Below, one piece after another: positions 11,201 to 25,779 of a DNA stretch of 64,000 nucleotides; positions within the stretch are counted from its first letter, which is position 1, and the number at the start of each line of letters is the position of its first letter. Origin of the DNA: Ylistrum balloti (lineage: Eukaryota); assembly GCF_031769215.1 (NCBI RefSeq), contig NW_026782667.1, forward strand, positions 1 through 64,000, in the 5' to 3' direction. The translations under genes were made by a program, and so were the position numbers. Under the pieces are notes generated by a model that saw nothing but the letters and a program-made list of their open reading frames with translations, did not search any database and had not been told where the DNA came from.

Positions 11201-14200
11201 CTGCAAAATAATTCTGGAATAATGTAATTTTTGTTGGTTGCTTCAGACAGTAAACAGGTAATTGTAGGTATGTTTGGTGGAACAACCGTATATGTAGGAT
11301 CAAGAGGACCGACACTGTCAGTGAACAAATCTGTCCTCCCCTAATACATGTCACAGACCACAAACACAGATACAATCATGTTCGCTGACAACCTGACCAA
11401 TTTGGGATTTCTGGGTAATCTCTTCTGCAGTCTTTATTAGATTCATAAATACCACTGTATTGTCACATCAAATGCTTTCAAAGCTTTTCAGTGACTTTGA
11501 AGTTTCCCTCTGTTAGTCTTGTTTTCTCAGATAACCTTCTTAAACACATTTCGTTTCTTGTCGGTAGTAATGACTAATTATTTTAACTTGGTTATAAAAA
11601 GTGATCAGTTTGGTCATCAGTTTGGTCACAGTGGACAGCTACAAGCACATTGCAAAATAAGTCTGACTCTCAAATACACAACAACCATTTATATAACACA
11701 GGATTTTCTGAAGGGGAACTTGTACAGCCAGTAAACACAGTAAAAAGACTTTTTTTCTCTGCTTAAAATTCTTGTTTCACTTTAAGTGAGAGATTGCATG
11801 GCAGTTCCATTTTAAAAAGTTTGTCGATAGTAAATAATGTGAATTTTATCACTGACAGTAGTAACACTGGTGGGGTCTGCTGGTGAAAATAACAGTTAAT
11901 TTGTATGACTACAAATGAATCATATCAGACACATTTGTTGTGTTATCAGGGAGAGGAGGCTGGGGATTGGCTACAGGGTGAGCTCATTCTCTTGTCATTC
12001 CTTCATGGGCTTCCTGTAATTCACCAGTAATTCTGTATCAAACTTTGAACCAATCATTCAACTTTGTTCTGTTCCCATCAATTCAATCAAAATCCCTTGG
12101 CAATATTTAATTTTAAGAACAAAAATTTGAATTGAAGTTAGAAGAGAGGAATCTGATTTCAATACTTTTTTTGTAGTTTTTTTATTATGGGGATCAGATG
12201 AAATGATTCCTATCTCAAAGCCAATTTGATATTTTGATGAATCAATTTTTTTCCTTCTAAAAAACATTTAATAATCATGTATAGTAAACGGTCTTATATC
12301 GTGCTATAAAATCTACACATTCCTGCATCTTTTGGAATGATGTATTTTGTGGTGATTTTTTGTAAAAGAAGAACTGTTTACATCATTAGCAGTGTGGAGA
12401 AAGGTTGTGTATAGAGACATAAGAAGTGTAACCTCGGCTCGTTACAACAGTTAGTCAGTAATTATTGCAGCGATCGCTCCTGTAAAGTTATCTCCCATAG
12501 TTCGTAAAGATTAAAGGACGAAATATGTGTTGGTATAACCTCTAGTAATGAAGTTAATATGCTCCTAGCATGTAGTAGATAGGGGAGGGCCTTTCATCCT
12601 GTCCCTCAATGATTAAAAACACTTCCCTTTGTAAAATGGCCGACGACACCTTCAGACATCCACTCCATAGCTTTCAGCTGTAAATTGTAAAATTTGACTG
12701 TAAATTAGTGTGTCTAGATTTAGGTATAGTAAATGGTACATTTTATGACCAATACTTCAGCAGTTAAACTTGAGATCAAGACTTTTTTATGGCTGGGTCT
12801 TCGAGGAGGGGAAGGAAAGCAATGATGCCTTCAAGCAAAGGAAATATTTTTTTCTATTTTGTGTTGGGGGGCATTGATAAGTCGACATCTAGCCATGTGT
12901 CTTTTACAGTAAATTAAGATCCCAAGTTAAAGCTGTATCTGAATTTCCTGTTCACCCTGACACCACCATTACAGCTAGCTGTGTGTTGCTATGAAGACGG
13001 AGCAGAACCTTGTTCTCGAAATCAATAACTCTAACCTAGAAGTCCTGCTCACTAACGAAGGAGTACTTATAACAGTAAACCTGATGATGTGCTTTATATG
13101 AAAGTTCTTCAGCATGAAAGTTCAATGTAGATTTCATAGTTGAACGCTTTATTTTTTTGTAATCTTTTATTGAAAAGTCATTAATTTTTTTTCCTTGATA
13201 ATATAGGTTATATACCTGGAATTTCTGTAATTACTGAGTTAGGTGCTCACTAACTTACCTCCACATTATTTTTAGAAATACATTTAATTTCATCATTTTA
13301 CAAAGACTGGTTATTTGTTTTTAGTTCTTTAAGAATTCTTTGTAAAAGTGTTTTTTCCTGCTGCTGTTTAGACACCATACTCTACACCTGTGACCTAGTT
13401 TCTCTAGTTTGAATAATATTCCAGTCTCAGCTTGACAAATGGCAATTTTCAAGACAAGTTGAATTGACATGTTTTTCTGGCGGTAAAATGACTTAATTAA
13501 GTGTTATCTTGGTTTCTGGGCTATTTCATCTTGTTTTACAAAAAAGTATTATTGTATACATTTCTGTACCCAGAAGTTGGCAGTATCCTGTTGGTTAGAA
13601 AGCAGCGACTGAGAGGGAAAGTCTAGCCTTGTCACGGAAAAATGTCAACCGATGTGGTGGGATATTTGACATGATGCAGCAGGGCAGCTATGTCAGACCC
13701 ACAGCAAATGGTTGTTATGGTCTGTAATTGGTGTGGACACATTGGAAGAATTAGACTGTATAAGATATCATGAGATATAAATTAGAAGGACAACATTTCT
13801 GCTGTTTTGTCAAGGGAGATGGCTAATAGGCGTTGGTTTTTTGAGTCTGTATAATAAAAATGTTACCACTTCATCTGTAGCGACATTCTGTGGATCTTGT
13901 CTGGAAAACACTTATCTTCCTTCAAGACAATTGCTAATGAAACATTCATTGTGTGTTTAAATGTTTTTTACTTGTTCTGTTTTGTTGTTTAATGGATAAC
14001 TGGAGTCAGACAGTAAAACCCACCGGTATTTTATCTGCAGTTTGTAGATAGGAAATAGTAAAGATCGGCTGTTTTTGGTAAGCAGACATTTCCAGTAGAA
14101 AATCTTGTGATATGATGTTATGAAAATATTCTTATCTTGATTAAAAATGTAGTGTTCATGTATTGTTAAGGCAGATTCTGCACTCTTTAAATAAGGACAG

Positions 14201-15169
14201 TATTGTATTTCTGAAATGCAGTAATGTCTCTTACCAATGGAGACTGTGATTCATAATACAGCAGCGCCGCACCCAAATAACAGATATTCCAGTCAAACTT
14301 TCACAGCTCCAGACAACAAATAATCACCACCGCATTGTTAAAAATTGAGAATATACTTTAGATATTGTTTCCAGTTAAGTTGCTAATGTCATTCAGTGTA
14401 GTGATGGTGTGTTACTTGTGTATAATGTTTGTGTCCAGTTAATGATGATGTTCATGTTGAGCCATAGTTTGGTATGAATTGCTGGTTGTGAGAAGGACAA
14501 AGCCTTTGTCACTTGTAAGGAAAACTTTTGAAAGTGATACAGTCAATTTACTGATCAAGTATTGTTTTCCTTAAAGTTTTATTTTGTTCAAAGTATGGCT
14601 GCCATCTGTACCAGCATATTAAGATAGTTTTTTTATCCTCCATTGTTGGTTCTAGAGGCTGTTAAGGTTTTAGCACCCATGTCCAAATGTCAAATATTGT
14701 GTCTCAGTGGTGACAGTCATGGTTTTTGTGTTTGCAGGGATGAGCTTAGTACCATTGTCTTTAATGGTTTATTAGCATAGATAGTGTCATTGTATTGCTG
14801 TAGGAATCTTTCTGACAAAGGCATATTGAGTCTACTTTAGCTTGTGTGGATTAGGTGGTTTTTAGACATAGGGAATTCAGGGATAAATAGTCAGCAGGTT
14901 TTTGTTATCCTTACACCTCAAACTTTCACAAGTTTTGTAGCGATATATACCATATCTAACTGTTTTAAGGGGCTCATACTTACTTCTAACTTTAAATAAA
15001 AGGGTGTCTTATAACCGGAAAACTAATTGTGTTTACTTTATACACTTGAATATTGTTGGGTGTATTACCAAAGAGATAAAGAATTTGGTTAATTTTGAAC
15101 TCCATTTGTTGGAGACACTCTTAGTTTGATTAAGATTAGAAATTAGATTAGAAATGTCCTAAGCCTGGA

Positions 15170-16026
15170 GCTCCAAAGTGAGAGACATGTAGAGTATGAG
15201 GCCCCAAAGTGAGAGACTAGTAGAGTCTGAGACCCCAGAGTGAGAGACATGTAGAGTCTGAGACCAAGAGTGAGAGACCTGTAGAGTCTGAGACCCCAGA
15301 GTGAGAGACCAGTAGAGACTGAGACCCCAGAGTGACAGACCTGTAGAGTCTGAGACCCCAGAGTGAGAGACCTGTAGAGTCTGAGACCCCAGAGTGAGAG
15401 ACCAGTAGAGACTGAGACCCCAGAGTAACAGACCAGTAGAGTCTGAGACCCCAAAGTGAGAGACTAGTAGAGTCTGAGACCCCAGAGTGAGAGACCTGTA
15501 GAGTCTGAGGCCCCAAAGTGAGAGACCAGTAGAGCCTGAGACCCTGAAGTAACAGACCAGTAGAGTCTGAGACCCCAGAATGAGAGACCAGTAGAGTCTG
15601 AGGCCCCAGAATGAGAGACCTGTAGAGTCTGAGGCCCCAGAATGAGAGACCTGTAGAGTCTGAGACCCCAGAATGAGAGACCTGTAGAGTCTGAGGCCCT
15701 GGAGTGAGAGACTAGTAGAGTCTGAGACCCCAGAGTGAGAGACCTGTAGAGTCTGAGGCCCCAGAATGAGAGACCTGTAGAGTCTAAGGCCCCAGAATGA
15801 GAGACCTGTAGAGTCTGAGGCCCCAAAGTGAGAGACCAGTAGAGCCTGAGACACTGAAGTAACAGACCAGTAGAGTCTGAGGCCCCAAAGTGAGAGACCA
15901 GTAGAGTCTGAGACCCCAAAGTTAGAGACTAGTCGAGTCTGAGGCCTCAGAGTGAGAGACTAGTAAAGTCTGAGGCCCTGAAGTGAGAGACTAGTGAAGT
16001 CTGAGACCCCAGAGTGAGAGACTGAT
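15170..16026. repeat. 31-bp minisatellite, about 27 copies
   Basis: Unit AGAGTGAGAGACCTGTAGAGTCTGAGACCCC. It explains the four overlapping minus-strand ORFs at 15143-15919. Confidence 0.98.
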
Positions 16027-17850
16027 ACAGTTTGAATTATCCAAATGTCCCCGCCCCTTCTTAGACACCCACTAGGAACACAAACAATATCATAGCATCT
16101 CTGCCAAAATTTCATCTGCAAGCTCTGAGGATCATTACAATATATATGAGATAGGATGAGGGCACTGGTACTGATAACAAATGCATTTTTTGTGTCTGAG
16201 GTGCACATATAATCTCCCTATCACCGTCCCAAGCATTCCGTAGGTTATGTGGGTCCTTGGATGAATTTTCATATTTAGATTTCGGAATATCATGTATCAA
16301 AATGCAGTTCTTGAGTCTGTGCCAAGTGATGATATGTTTGAATATTAGAATACATGGAGTTGAACATTTCCTCCAGCAGTTAAGCATTTCTTGACCTATA
16401 TTTTCTTTCATAATCATGTTAGCAGCAGAGAAATCACCATGGAAATATTGCCACGGTAACAAGTGTTAGCTGGTAAGGAAACCAATGAGTGTTTTGTTTC
16501 TGCAGAAGGAAGCTGGACAACATTCCTATAGCAAACATGAGCTACAAACAGCATTTGTCAATGTCACTGAGATATGTTTTGCTTTTGGATTGCCTCAGCT
16601 CAGAGAGCATTTTGACCCAAGACCAATGCTTCCTAGCATTGTAACTGAGCCTCTTTCACCTATCTCACAGACTTAGATGATAGAATGCCAGGGCTACAGG
16701 ACCGTTCTGCTTTCATTGACATGATTTATCATGGCAGGAAATCCTACGCATTGTGACCTTGTCAAGGTCAAGGACAACCAAAAATATAGATGTCATCAAT
16801 AGTGGTGTCCACAAGCCAGCATTTCCTGCCTTACGTTAGCCTAAGCCATACTGTCTTATTCTGGTAACTTGTTCTTGCATTCAAGGTTTAATGAAAAGGG
16901 AAGATTTTCTTTCACTGTAGGTTTAATTGTTTCTGGGAAAGTGTTGCCCGTTTTGGTTAGCATCTGCATTCTTTGTGTAATCTGCAGCATAGTTTTTAAT
17001 AATTATGAGTTGTATATTTCCCCCTCATTCATTCTTTATACATTAACCTCTGTATACCCACTTTCTCCTTCTTCCAGCTTAGTGTGATCAAATTAAATTC
17101 ATTTGTGAACCTTTTAAGTACAAAAAGATAGGATTGACTACAATGTTAAATTGACACTACTTCATACGTGTGTGAACACAACACCCTAACAACGAGACAG
17201 GTGTATAACGATGTTTGTTTTTGTGTAAGGCCTTTGGTAGGATCCCTAAAGACTTAGTATGTCATGTTGTCCCTGTGTTGTGTTTGACTCGCCTAAGCAC
17301 AGTGTTTGTGTTTTGTCCAATGACAGTATCCAATTTTAAAACACTGAACAAAGATGTGAATTATAACGCCATCGACATTGACAGTAATATCCGAGGCGTG
17401 GAGGATTCTTGTGTAGCTATGATATACAGTGCAGCCCTGATCTTTGGAGGAGAAAACACTTCTTTGGTTTATCTATCAAGTGTAATTTCACTTTGGATTT
17501 AATTTGGTCTATATACATGGTCGTGGTATTTCTGATTAGCCTTATTTGGAATAAAAAAGGTATTAGAAAATTATCTTATTATAAGTAAATGTTTTAAAAG
17601 GCAGACATCACAGCTCTAGCTTTTATTGTGAAACTGTGAGAGGGCATAAAGAGGGAACCTTTAATGGTCTTAATAGGTGGGAGGGGTAAACTTTATAGCC
17701 AGAAAAGGTGTGTTTATTTGACAGCCACAATAGCTGTGGGTAGGAGATGATGCTATGAGGGAACCAACACCCCAATAACTTGGAGAAGGGTTTGTGACAG
17801 GAAGGTGGGGGAAAGGGATTGTTGGATGAACACTTAAAAATAGGTAGAAA

Positions 17851-18064
17851 TTTAGTATGAGGGAAGTGACCCTAAATAACTGGAGGTTTAGCATGAGGGA
17901 AGTGACCTTAAATAATTGGAGGTTTGGCATGAGGGAAGTGACCCTGAATAACTGGAGGTTTGGCATGAGGGAAGTGACCCTAAATAACTGGAGGTTTAGC
18001 GTGAGGGAAGTGACCCTAAGTAACTTGAGGCTTAGCATGAGGGAAGTGACCCTGAACAACTTAG
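17851..18064. repeat. 36-bp minisatellite, about 6 copies
   Basis: Unit ATGAGGGAAGTGACCCTAAATAACTGGAGGTTTAGC, starting at 17857, 17893 ... 18037. Confidence 0.97.
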
Positions 18065-21000
18065 AAGACAGTATAAGACAACTAGAATAGTTGAAAATTT
18101 CTGTATGTTGGACATTCATCTCCTGCCCACTCACTGCTGTGTAAAAATTAAAAGTACATCCGGATTATAAACTTGTCTGACTTAATGTTGTCATTAGACC
18201 CAGGTATTGGTCAAACCTCTCGGGCTTTATGATTATAGTAGACCTGTACAGAAATACGGCCATATATGTTAAATATCTATCTAAAATATCAGCTGTTTAA
18301 ATTATTGCTGCATGTTATGGCTTTCTGTTGATGTATGGTTAGAGATCCACCCACATGTACACCCTGATATTCTATACTGATTATACCATGATTTACGGGA
18401 TACTGCCAACACAGGAAGCCTCCTATAGCTCTGATCATTCTGAAGCAAGAGTCACTCTATGTATAGCTGAGATCATGGCGGTGATATCAACCTTATTTGT
18501 ATAACAGTTCACGAGCAGAGAATCACACACCGGGTTACGCAGCAACAGTGCAGGGCAAAAAGTGATCATTTAAAATCGTGCCTTTGAAGTTTCCATATTT
18601 GTGATAAAAGTGAGATAGGTTTATCTGCAATGTATTGTTGTATTATATGTGTACTATATCTCAAGGCAGCCCACGACAGTCTGCAGAGTATGGTCAACTC
18701 AATCGCACACTGTGTGGCTTTTTGTTGAAAAAAAAAAAATTATCTTTCAATCTTTTTAGTGTAAAACTAATAATCTAAAAATTATCATATTACAGGTTTA
18801 AAATTCCAATGTAAATCCTAGCTTGTTGCATTGATTCCGACTGCAGTAAAGCTAATGTAATGGGAAACAGCTGACCATGTGAAAGGTAGAGAAAAAAAGA
18901 GAGTTCACATTCAGTCAGTACAGATTTTATAAGGCATTGTGTTACGTAACCTGGTCATTTGGTCTAGAAAGTTGCTGGATTTATTTTCCCAGAAACACCT
19001 TATCAATTAGGCTGTGTCACTGTCAATTGAGAAATTCTGTTGAACTTAACAAACACCGGTTTTTGTTTTACAGTGAAATATATATTGCATTTAAAATGAC
19101 TCTTTAAGTGAACATTTTCTTTAATGTTCTTTAATCACATCTGTCTTCAGCATTTTTGCCAGCAATCCTTTGCTATCAGAGTAAGATGGGTTGTCTAAGG
19201 AGACATGCTTGTTGTAGTAAATGATACATCTCCTGAGTTCGAGTTCAACTGCATAAAACAGTTTGCCATGCATTGGTGTTTTTATTTAAGGGATGAACGG
19301 ACGTTTAACAGAATGTAAACTTTTATAGTTGATAGTTTGGGAATAAAAGACACATATAAGAAGCATTACCTTCACAAGGAATTTATCTGAGAATATACAG
19401 ATCAGAAAAAAAAGGAGAAGACCAAAATTTTGATACAGTAAAAGTATGAAGAAATGTATCCGTTTTTGAAAAATGTTATAGCATGTTGATATTGACTTTA
19501 TCAAAAGAATATGAAGGATTAGACCAATTTTCAAGGTAAAAATAGATAGGCATATATCAGGATATAATAATTGTGCTCCCTCCTTTACAAATTTATCAAT
19601 GAAATGAATAAAATATGTCAAAATCTTTTATCTTTGACAGCCCAAGGCTGAAAAAGTATTTCCTTTTCCCTTGTGTGTGGAACTGTCTGAGAATCTGCAT
19701 GTGGGACATAGAAGATATCTATCACTCTTCTGTCTTGACAAATACCCTATGTCTCTGTCAGAGGCCATTTTGGTTTCTCTGTAACTGGTCTGTAGGATAC
19801 TACAACACCGACAGGCACCAAATACATTCTGGAATCTTTCAGTAGTAGTGAAAAATGGTTGGTACGCTTGCCTTTGACAGGCTGGTTGGTTTTTGCAGGT
19901 TTTAATGAGGAAGAGTGGGAATGAACCTTGTACACTCACACCATACATTAGCGAGAATTTGTGAGAACTCCCCAGTACTACTTATATCTCTCCCAGTGTG
20001 TTGGAATGTCCCACCAACAACAAACTCCTGATGTTTGCTGCACTTGTAAATAAACTCCATCCCTCATTGATTTTGACAAGACTTTGTGTCAGAAATTTGT
20101 CTTTTCCTTCAACCATGAAACTACATCATGTCTACCATCCCCAGAACAGTCATGGCTAACCAACATTTGCAAATATTCCAGCACCAAGCATTTTGAGAGG
20201 TTTGGAGTAGCTATGGCAGCAAGCTACTGTTTACTTCCATCCCCAGCATCAGACAACCATAGGCTATAGAATGTGTAACAAAATTCATAATAGGAGTTCT
20301 GCTACTTCTCTTTGTTTGTGGAAATATCTCATAACTTACATTTTTCCATCTGGTAATTATATTGACAATGAAATATAATAAGCTGTAAGGTTTTCTTTGG
20401 GTTGCCTCCGAGTGATTATCTCTCCTTGGTTTCAACATCATGCTTTTCAAATCACAAAGTTAGGACAATTACAGTAGGTGCAGGGAATATTTTCTGCCAC
20501 ATAAAAGGACAATAGTGGCATTTATTTGGCCAATTCTGTTATACTGATGTAAAGCAAATTAGCAGTGCCCCTGTTTACAGACAGTTATCATGTCTAGTTC
20601 CCATTTGATTTGTTTCTGTTCCTTTGTTTGGATGTCAAACCTGTGAGTGTTGGTTCCCTGGAGACGCACTCTACATATAGCAATACTGGGCTGTTGGGCT
20701 GTAAAACAATTACACGGAAAATACTGTGAAAAATATTGAATTACTTCAACAACGGTATGTTAAGTCCCTTTTTAACAGTAAAATAGAGACAATGACAGTT
20801 ATTTCATATATATTGATTAAAATATCTGATTATACACACAACAGATATTGGTTAGTTTTTTGTTTAGATTTCATCTGAATTTAATTTATCCATACTGGAA
20901 ACACTACTGTTCTGATACTCTCAAATTTTATGTAAACAATGGTTTTGTTTTTCATAAGTAAAAAAATGAAGCATAGATTTAGAAATTAATTGACGAATAT

Positions 21001-23135
21001 AAGGTTTAGTGGATTGTTTTCACCTACATGTACATTAGCTTTTCAAAAAGCACTTGTTTAAGGCATAGTTTGGTTCATGCTTAACTGGACTTATTCAAAA
21101 ACTTATTTGAGTTTTCACAATGTGTTGGTGGAGAAAAACTGTTTTTGGTTCTGTTGAGTTAGATAAAAAAAAAGTGTCATTCATGCTTTTTGTTATCAGT
21201 GTCCAATACCATTTACTTGATTCTATTACCCATTGATTGGGTTTTGACACTTCTGGCTGTCAGGGATGTTGCTGCTTGGGACATGATTAACTAATTTGTG
21301 GCTGGCACTGATATGCATGTTAGACTCAGAACCAGTGCAATCTTGTACACATGTTTGAAAGGTTGTAGAAGTGACTTTTTTTTTGTAAATGCTTAAGAAT
21401 TCTAAAAAGAAATTATATTAGTTTTATTACTATTTCCAAGTAATTGTTTTGGTATTGGAATAACTTGTGGACAGGAAAATTCTTGATGCAAGCTATCAAT
21501 GTAACACCAACAATGGAATATTTTCAAGAGTCCTGATATTTTCTTTAAGTCCAGACATTCTGTTTTTAATTGCTTACCACTGTGATTTAGTATAGGTTTG
21601 ATATAGTGAAAATAGATTAAGCTTACTGAGAGATTCACAAGATCCCTCAACACTGCACAGCCATGCCAGGTCTAGCTATGTATCAATGGTAAGCTTCACA
21701 GGAAACACAAAATGCAATGGTTTTAATGATGAAATGTAAGTTCTAGCCCCTGTTCTGTTACCTCACCTCCGAATACAAATTCATCGCTGCCTATCATTAC
21801 AAAGCTAATTACCTGTCTGCATCGGAAATAAGGACCTTTTTATTCAGTATACGATTACATGATTTTTAGCCAAAGCAATAAATCTAACACAAAAAATATG
21901 GATGAATCAAGGTTTAGGTTACTTTGTCTAGCTGGCAACCAAAAAAAGTATTAAAAAAAATTATAATAAAAGAAAAAAATACATATTGATACATAATTGA
22001 ACAGAATTAGTTTTTAAAAATAGTGATTTATTGTAGGTACTTAAATTCTCATTAGACCTTTCTTGGATATAAATTCTGTTAAAATTGATGCATGGAAAAT
22101 AATTAATTTGAAATTGTGACAGGAGAAGTTGCTTAATTGTTGCTATAATTCAATAAATTAATTCATTCTCATCCTATTAGGTGGCCAATTGTTTGCCACA
22201 TAAAATGTCCTATTGCACATGGAGTGCTGAACAGCTTGATAATGGCATAAAAATGGCTATTTATGTCACCATGTTTACGCTGTTCTGGTATGGATGGAAT
22301 GTGATTCACTGATTAATATCAGAGAGCCAGGTGAAGGGACATTAGCATACAGCTTCCTTGCCTTACAACATTTCTCCTTAATTTGTTTATTAAAAGATTG
22401 CATCTGACTTTTTTGGGGGGGAGGGGAGACTCAATAATTAAATGAAATATAGAGTAATGACCATAAAAGTCCTGAAAATGATACAAAGTTACACATTGTG
22501 ATCCTTGTTTATTTTCTTTGTCCCAGAATACATTTAATCAGTTGCCATAGTCACAGAAATTACAAAAAGCAGATGGTGGAGTAGGCTAATGGTGGTGAGC
22601 TCATAAAATCCCTGATTGTCTCCCTTCTCTGGAGGGTAATTTTTGCACAAGTTATCATGTTTTTTGTGCATAAATTATCCTACCACACCACAGCTCCGTT
22701 GCTCTGAGAAAGGACTATGAAAAGGGAGGGGGTTATATTTTTGGGGAAGGGTATGAAGATTGTACTTGTTACAATGTAGTTCCAGGTTATGATCAGGAGA
22801 CAGAATTGTGGGTCCAGGATTGGAATACTACACCAAGGTATTGGTTGCTGTAGACATGTATTTGCATTTGTAAAATGAGAAAAAGAGATTTAAGAGACAG
22901 TCTTTATAAGCTGGATAATAAAGAATACTTTTTCCTTAACTCTGGGAGATTGTGTTATTTGGTTGGTGAATGGATTGTTTATATTGTTTAACGTCCTATC
23001 AGCAACTAGGGTCATTTAAGGACGTCCGCCAGATGTATTTCAAGGCAAGTGTATACATTTAGATCATGTGTTTTTTGAGGTTTATGATCATAAAACCCTC
23101 ATGATCATGCAGAACTGAATCCAACATCATAATTG

Positions 23136-23489
23136 CTACCACACTGAAGTATACTGCTGAAGGCCTCCAGCTGGACATCTCAGCTGGTCACATTATACTG
23201 ACAACAGGTGAACCATTGGGTACACTACCACACTGAAGTATACTGCCGCAGGCCTCCAGCTGGACATCTCAGCCGGTCACTATATACTGACAACAGGTGA
23301 ACCATTGGGTACACTACCACAGTGAAGTATACTGCCGCAGGCCTCCAGCTGGACATCTCAGCCGGTCACATTATACTGACAACAGGTGAACCTTTGGGTA
23401 CACTACCACACTGAAGTATACTGCCGAAGCCCTCTCCAGCTGGACATTCACCCTCTGGACCCTGGTCAATATATTATACTGACAACAGG
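23136..23489. repeat. 89-bp tandem repeat, 4 copies
   Basis: CTACCACACTGAAGTATACTGC... starts at 23136, 23225, 23314 and 23403. The last copy is diverged. Confidence 0.97.
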
Positions 23490-23901
23490 CAAAACAGTGG
23501 TTACTCTTCCATTATGATGAATGTGAAACAAGAATTAGTACAGCTATCTTTTTAAAGACCCTGGTAGAACCCATAACTTTCCTGATGAACACTCAACTTA
23601 AGGCCAAAAGTGAGGCAGTGTCAGGGGAGATAATAGGATGAAAACAGATGAAAGAGAGGAAATATAAAGATTTCGAGTTAAATTGCCTCTTACAATCATA
23701 CAATGAGGGCAGCAAATACCATTCTTACTCTCGACCTCCAGGACAGTGGTGAATGATGGTAAATACAGATTGTCTAACAGGACAGTGAACAGCCATAGAA
23801 ATAAAATGTAAATGTACATTAGATAAGAAGAAGAAATCTTAAGAATATTTTTTGCAATAGGAATATTGATTTTGGTTGGAATTATGATTTATTTGAGTGG
23901 A

Positions 23902-24564
23902 AATCATAATGATATTTGGTGGGTATCCTGAGTGCAAGGGCAGGAATCATAATGATATTTGGTGGGTATCCTGAGTGCAACGGCAGGAATCATGATTATT
24001 TTTGGTGGGTATCCTGAGTACAACAGCAGGAATCATGATTATTTTTGGTGGGTATCCTGAGTGCAAGGGCAGGAATCATGATTATTTTTGGTGGGTATCC
24101 TGAGTGCAAGGGCAGGAATCATGATTATTTTTGGTGGGTATCCTGAGTGCAAGGGCAGGAATCATGATTATTTTTGGTGGGTATCCTGAGTACAACGGCA
24201 GGAATCATGATTATTTTTGGTGGGTATCCTGAGTGCAAGGGCAGGAATCATGATTATTTTTGGTGGGTATCCTGAGTGCAAGGGCAGGAATCATGATTAT
24301 TTTTGGTGGTATCCTGAGTACAACAGCAGGAATCATGATTATTTTTGTTGGGTATCCTGAGTACAACAGCAGGAATCATGATTATTTTTGGTGGGTATCC
24401 TGAGTGCAAAGGCAGGAATCATGATTATTTTTGGTGGGTATCCTGAGTGCAAGGGCAGGAATCATGATTATTTTTGGTGGGTATCCTGAGTTCAACAGCA
24501 GGAATCATGATTATTTTTGGTGGGTATCCTGATTACAACGGCAGGAATCATGATTATTTTTGGT
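23902..24564. repeat. 43-bp minisatellite, about 15.4 copies
   Basis: Unit AATCATGATTATTTTTGGTGGGTATCCTGAGTGCAAGGGCAGG, with interspersed GTACAACAGC/GTACAACGGC variants. Confidence 0.98.
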
Positions 24565-24656
24565 ACAAATGATGATGGGTACGAATGTATAGGCAGACTA
24601 TACCAGTTTGAATTAGAATTTGTGTATGGAACGCAGTCCTACTGAGTGTCTGGAAT

Positions 24657-24701
24657 GGAATTGAACCCAGATCTCCAGCTTGATATTCAACAATGGAGCT
24701 A
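24657..24701 (-). mobile_element. Decayed tRNA-derived SINE head (fragment)
   Basis: The minus strand reads TAGCTCCATTG (A-box-like), 23 nt, then GGTTCAATTCC (B-box). The spacing is shorter than in an intact tRNA and there is no cloverleaf. Confidence 0.35.
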
Positions 24702-25779
24702 ACTAGGAAGCATATTGAGTGACTATATATGCCACACGACCTAGCTGCTACCTGTTCTAGTGGTAAAGTGATGTGGCCAGCCGTCATTATAAACTGTTAT
24801 ACACGGACATGATTCATCAACTGCTATTAATCGTTGAACACTGGTGTTCATGTTCCTGTGGATGGTTTATTTCTGTTGAATAGTCTGTAACTTTTAACAG
24901 GAGAGCCATTGCAAATGATTCACTACACAATTTTGATTGCAATTATTATATTTTATTGATGGTGTAGAGACCAGGTAATAAAAGACATTGGTTATTGTAC
25001 ACAGGAGTGTGTACTGTAGACAAACACATTAATGACACTGCAATGAATCTCACAATCCAAAAACTGTTTTACAATTATAAATTATGTCTGTGGTAAATAA
25101 ATATTTAACTAGGTTTATTTCAACCAGTTTTATTAAGGAAATGTTTAAAATGGGAAATTTTAGAATCTTGTAGAACTCTGTTCTAAGGATCAAAGTAAAA
25201 TGCGACACATTGCCTTAAGTCATTTAGATGTTTAAATTACTAGAAAAGTAGATTTTAATATCTTGTGTTGGACAATTCATATGTGTCCTTCTTAACGGTA
25301 GTTGATGTGTACCTAATGTAGGATATTGATGGTGGATAGGGTTGTCAGGAATAGATACTTATGTACACAGAGCTCAGGTGTAAAGTGTCAACTGTTCTAT
25401 TAGCTGTAATACATGTATCCACTGCTTGATGTGTAAACTCTATCAGAGCAGTCTTAGGGCACAGACAAAATATTTACTCTTTAATTTAAAAGACACTACT
25501 GCATACCTGGAGATGATAGCAGCCCAGCTATGTTGTCATGGGGAACATAATGTGTATACTGTTGATACTTAAATATACAAGTAATGCTAGGTTTCATTTT
25601 GATTGGACTACCTGTAGCTAATGACACAGGTAAAATGTCAAACTTTAATACCTGTACATTTCTTGTTCTTGAGATTAGAACTTTTTTTTACACCTTTAAC
25701 GAGGATGAAATTTACCTAACGTAGAAACTTGTTAATGAGACCTTTGATGTTTTTCCTGAAATAAATCTCTGACGATAGG

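Noticed and set aside
13600-13730. AATERESLAL, similar to the Ty3/gypsy RNase H motif
   Set aside because: It is preceded by a stop and the flanking residues do not fit RNase H.
15143-15919. Four overlapping minus-strand ORFs (99-231 aa)
   Set aside because: They are translations of the 31-bp repeat; the period is not a multiple of 3 and there is no splice or domain evidence.
16112-16462. ORF containing YFHGDFSAANMIM, resembling a kinase or phosphotransferase catalytic loop
   Set aside because: There is an in-frame stop two codons upstream of the ORF start and no following DFG/DF-like motif; probably chance.
17670-18134. ORFs with a 12-aa repeat (MREVTLNNWRFS and its antisense)
   Set aside because: The 36-bp unit lacks stops in those frames by chance; it is open on both strands and the flanks are not protein-like.
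18286-18297. AAATATCAGCTG, matching the 5' end of miR-283/216-family mature sequences
   Set aside because: Only 12 nt match and there is no surrounding hairpin.
23902-24564. Minisatellites as CRISPR arrays
   Set aside because: Units are contiguous with no unique spacers, there are no cas genes, and the DNA is eukaryotic.
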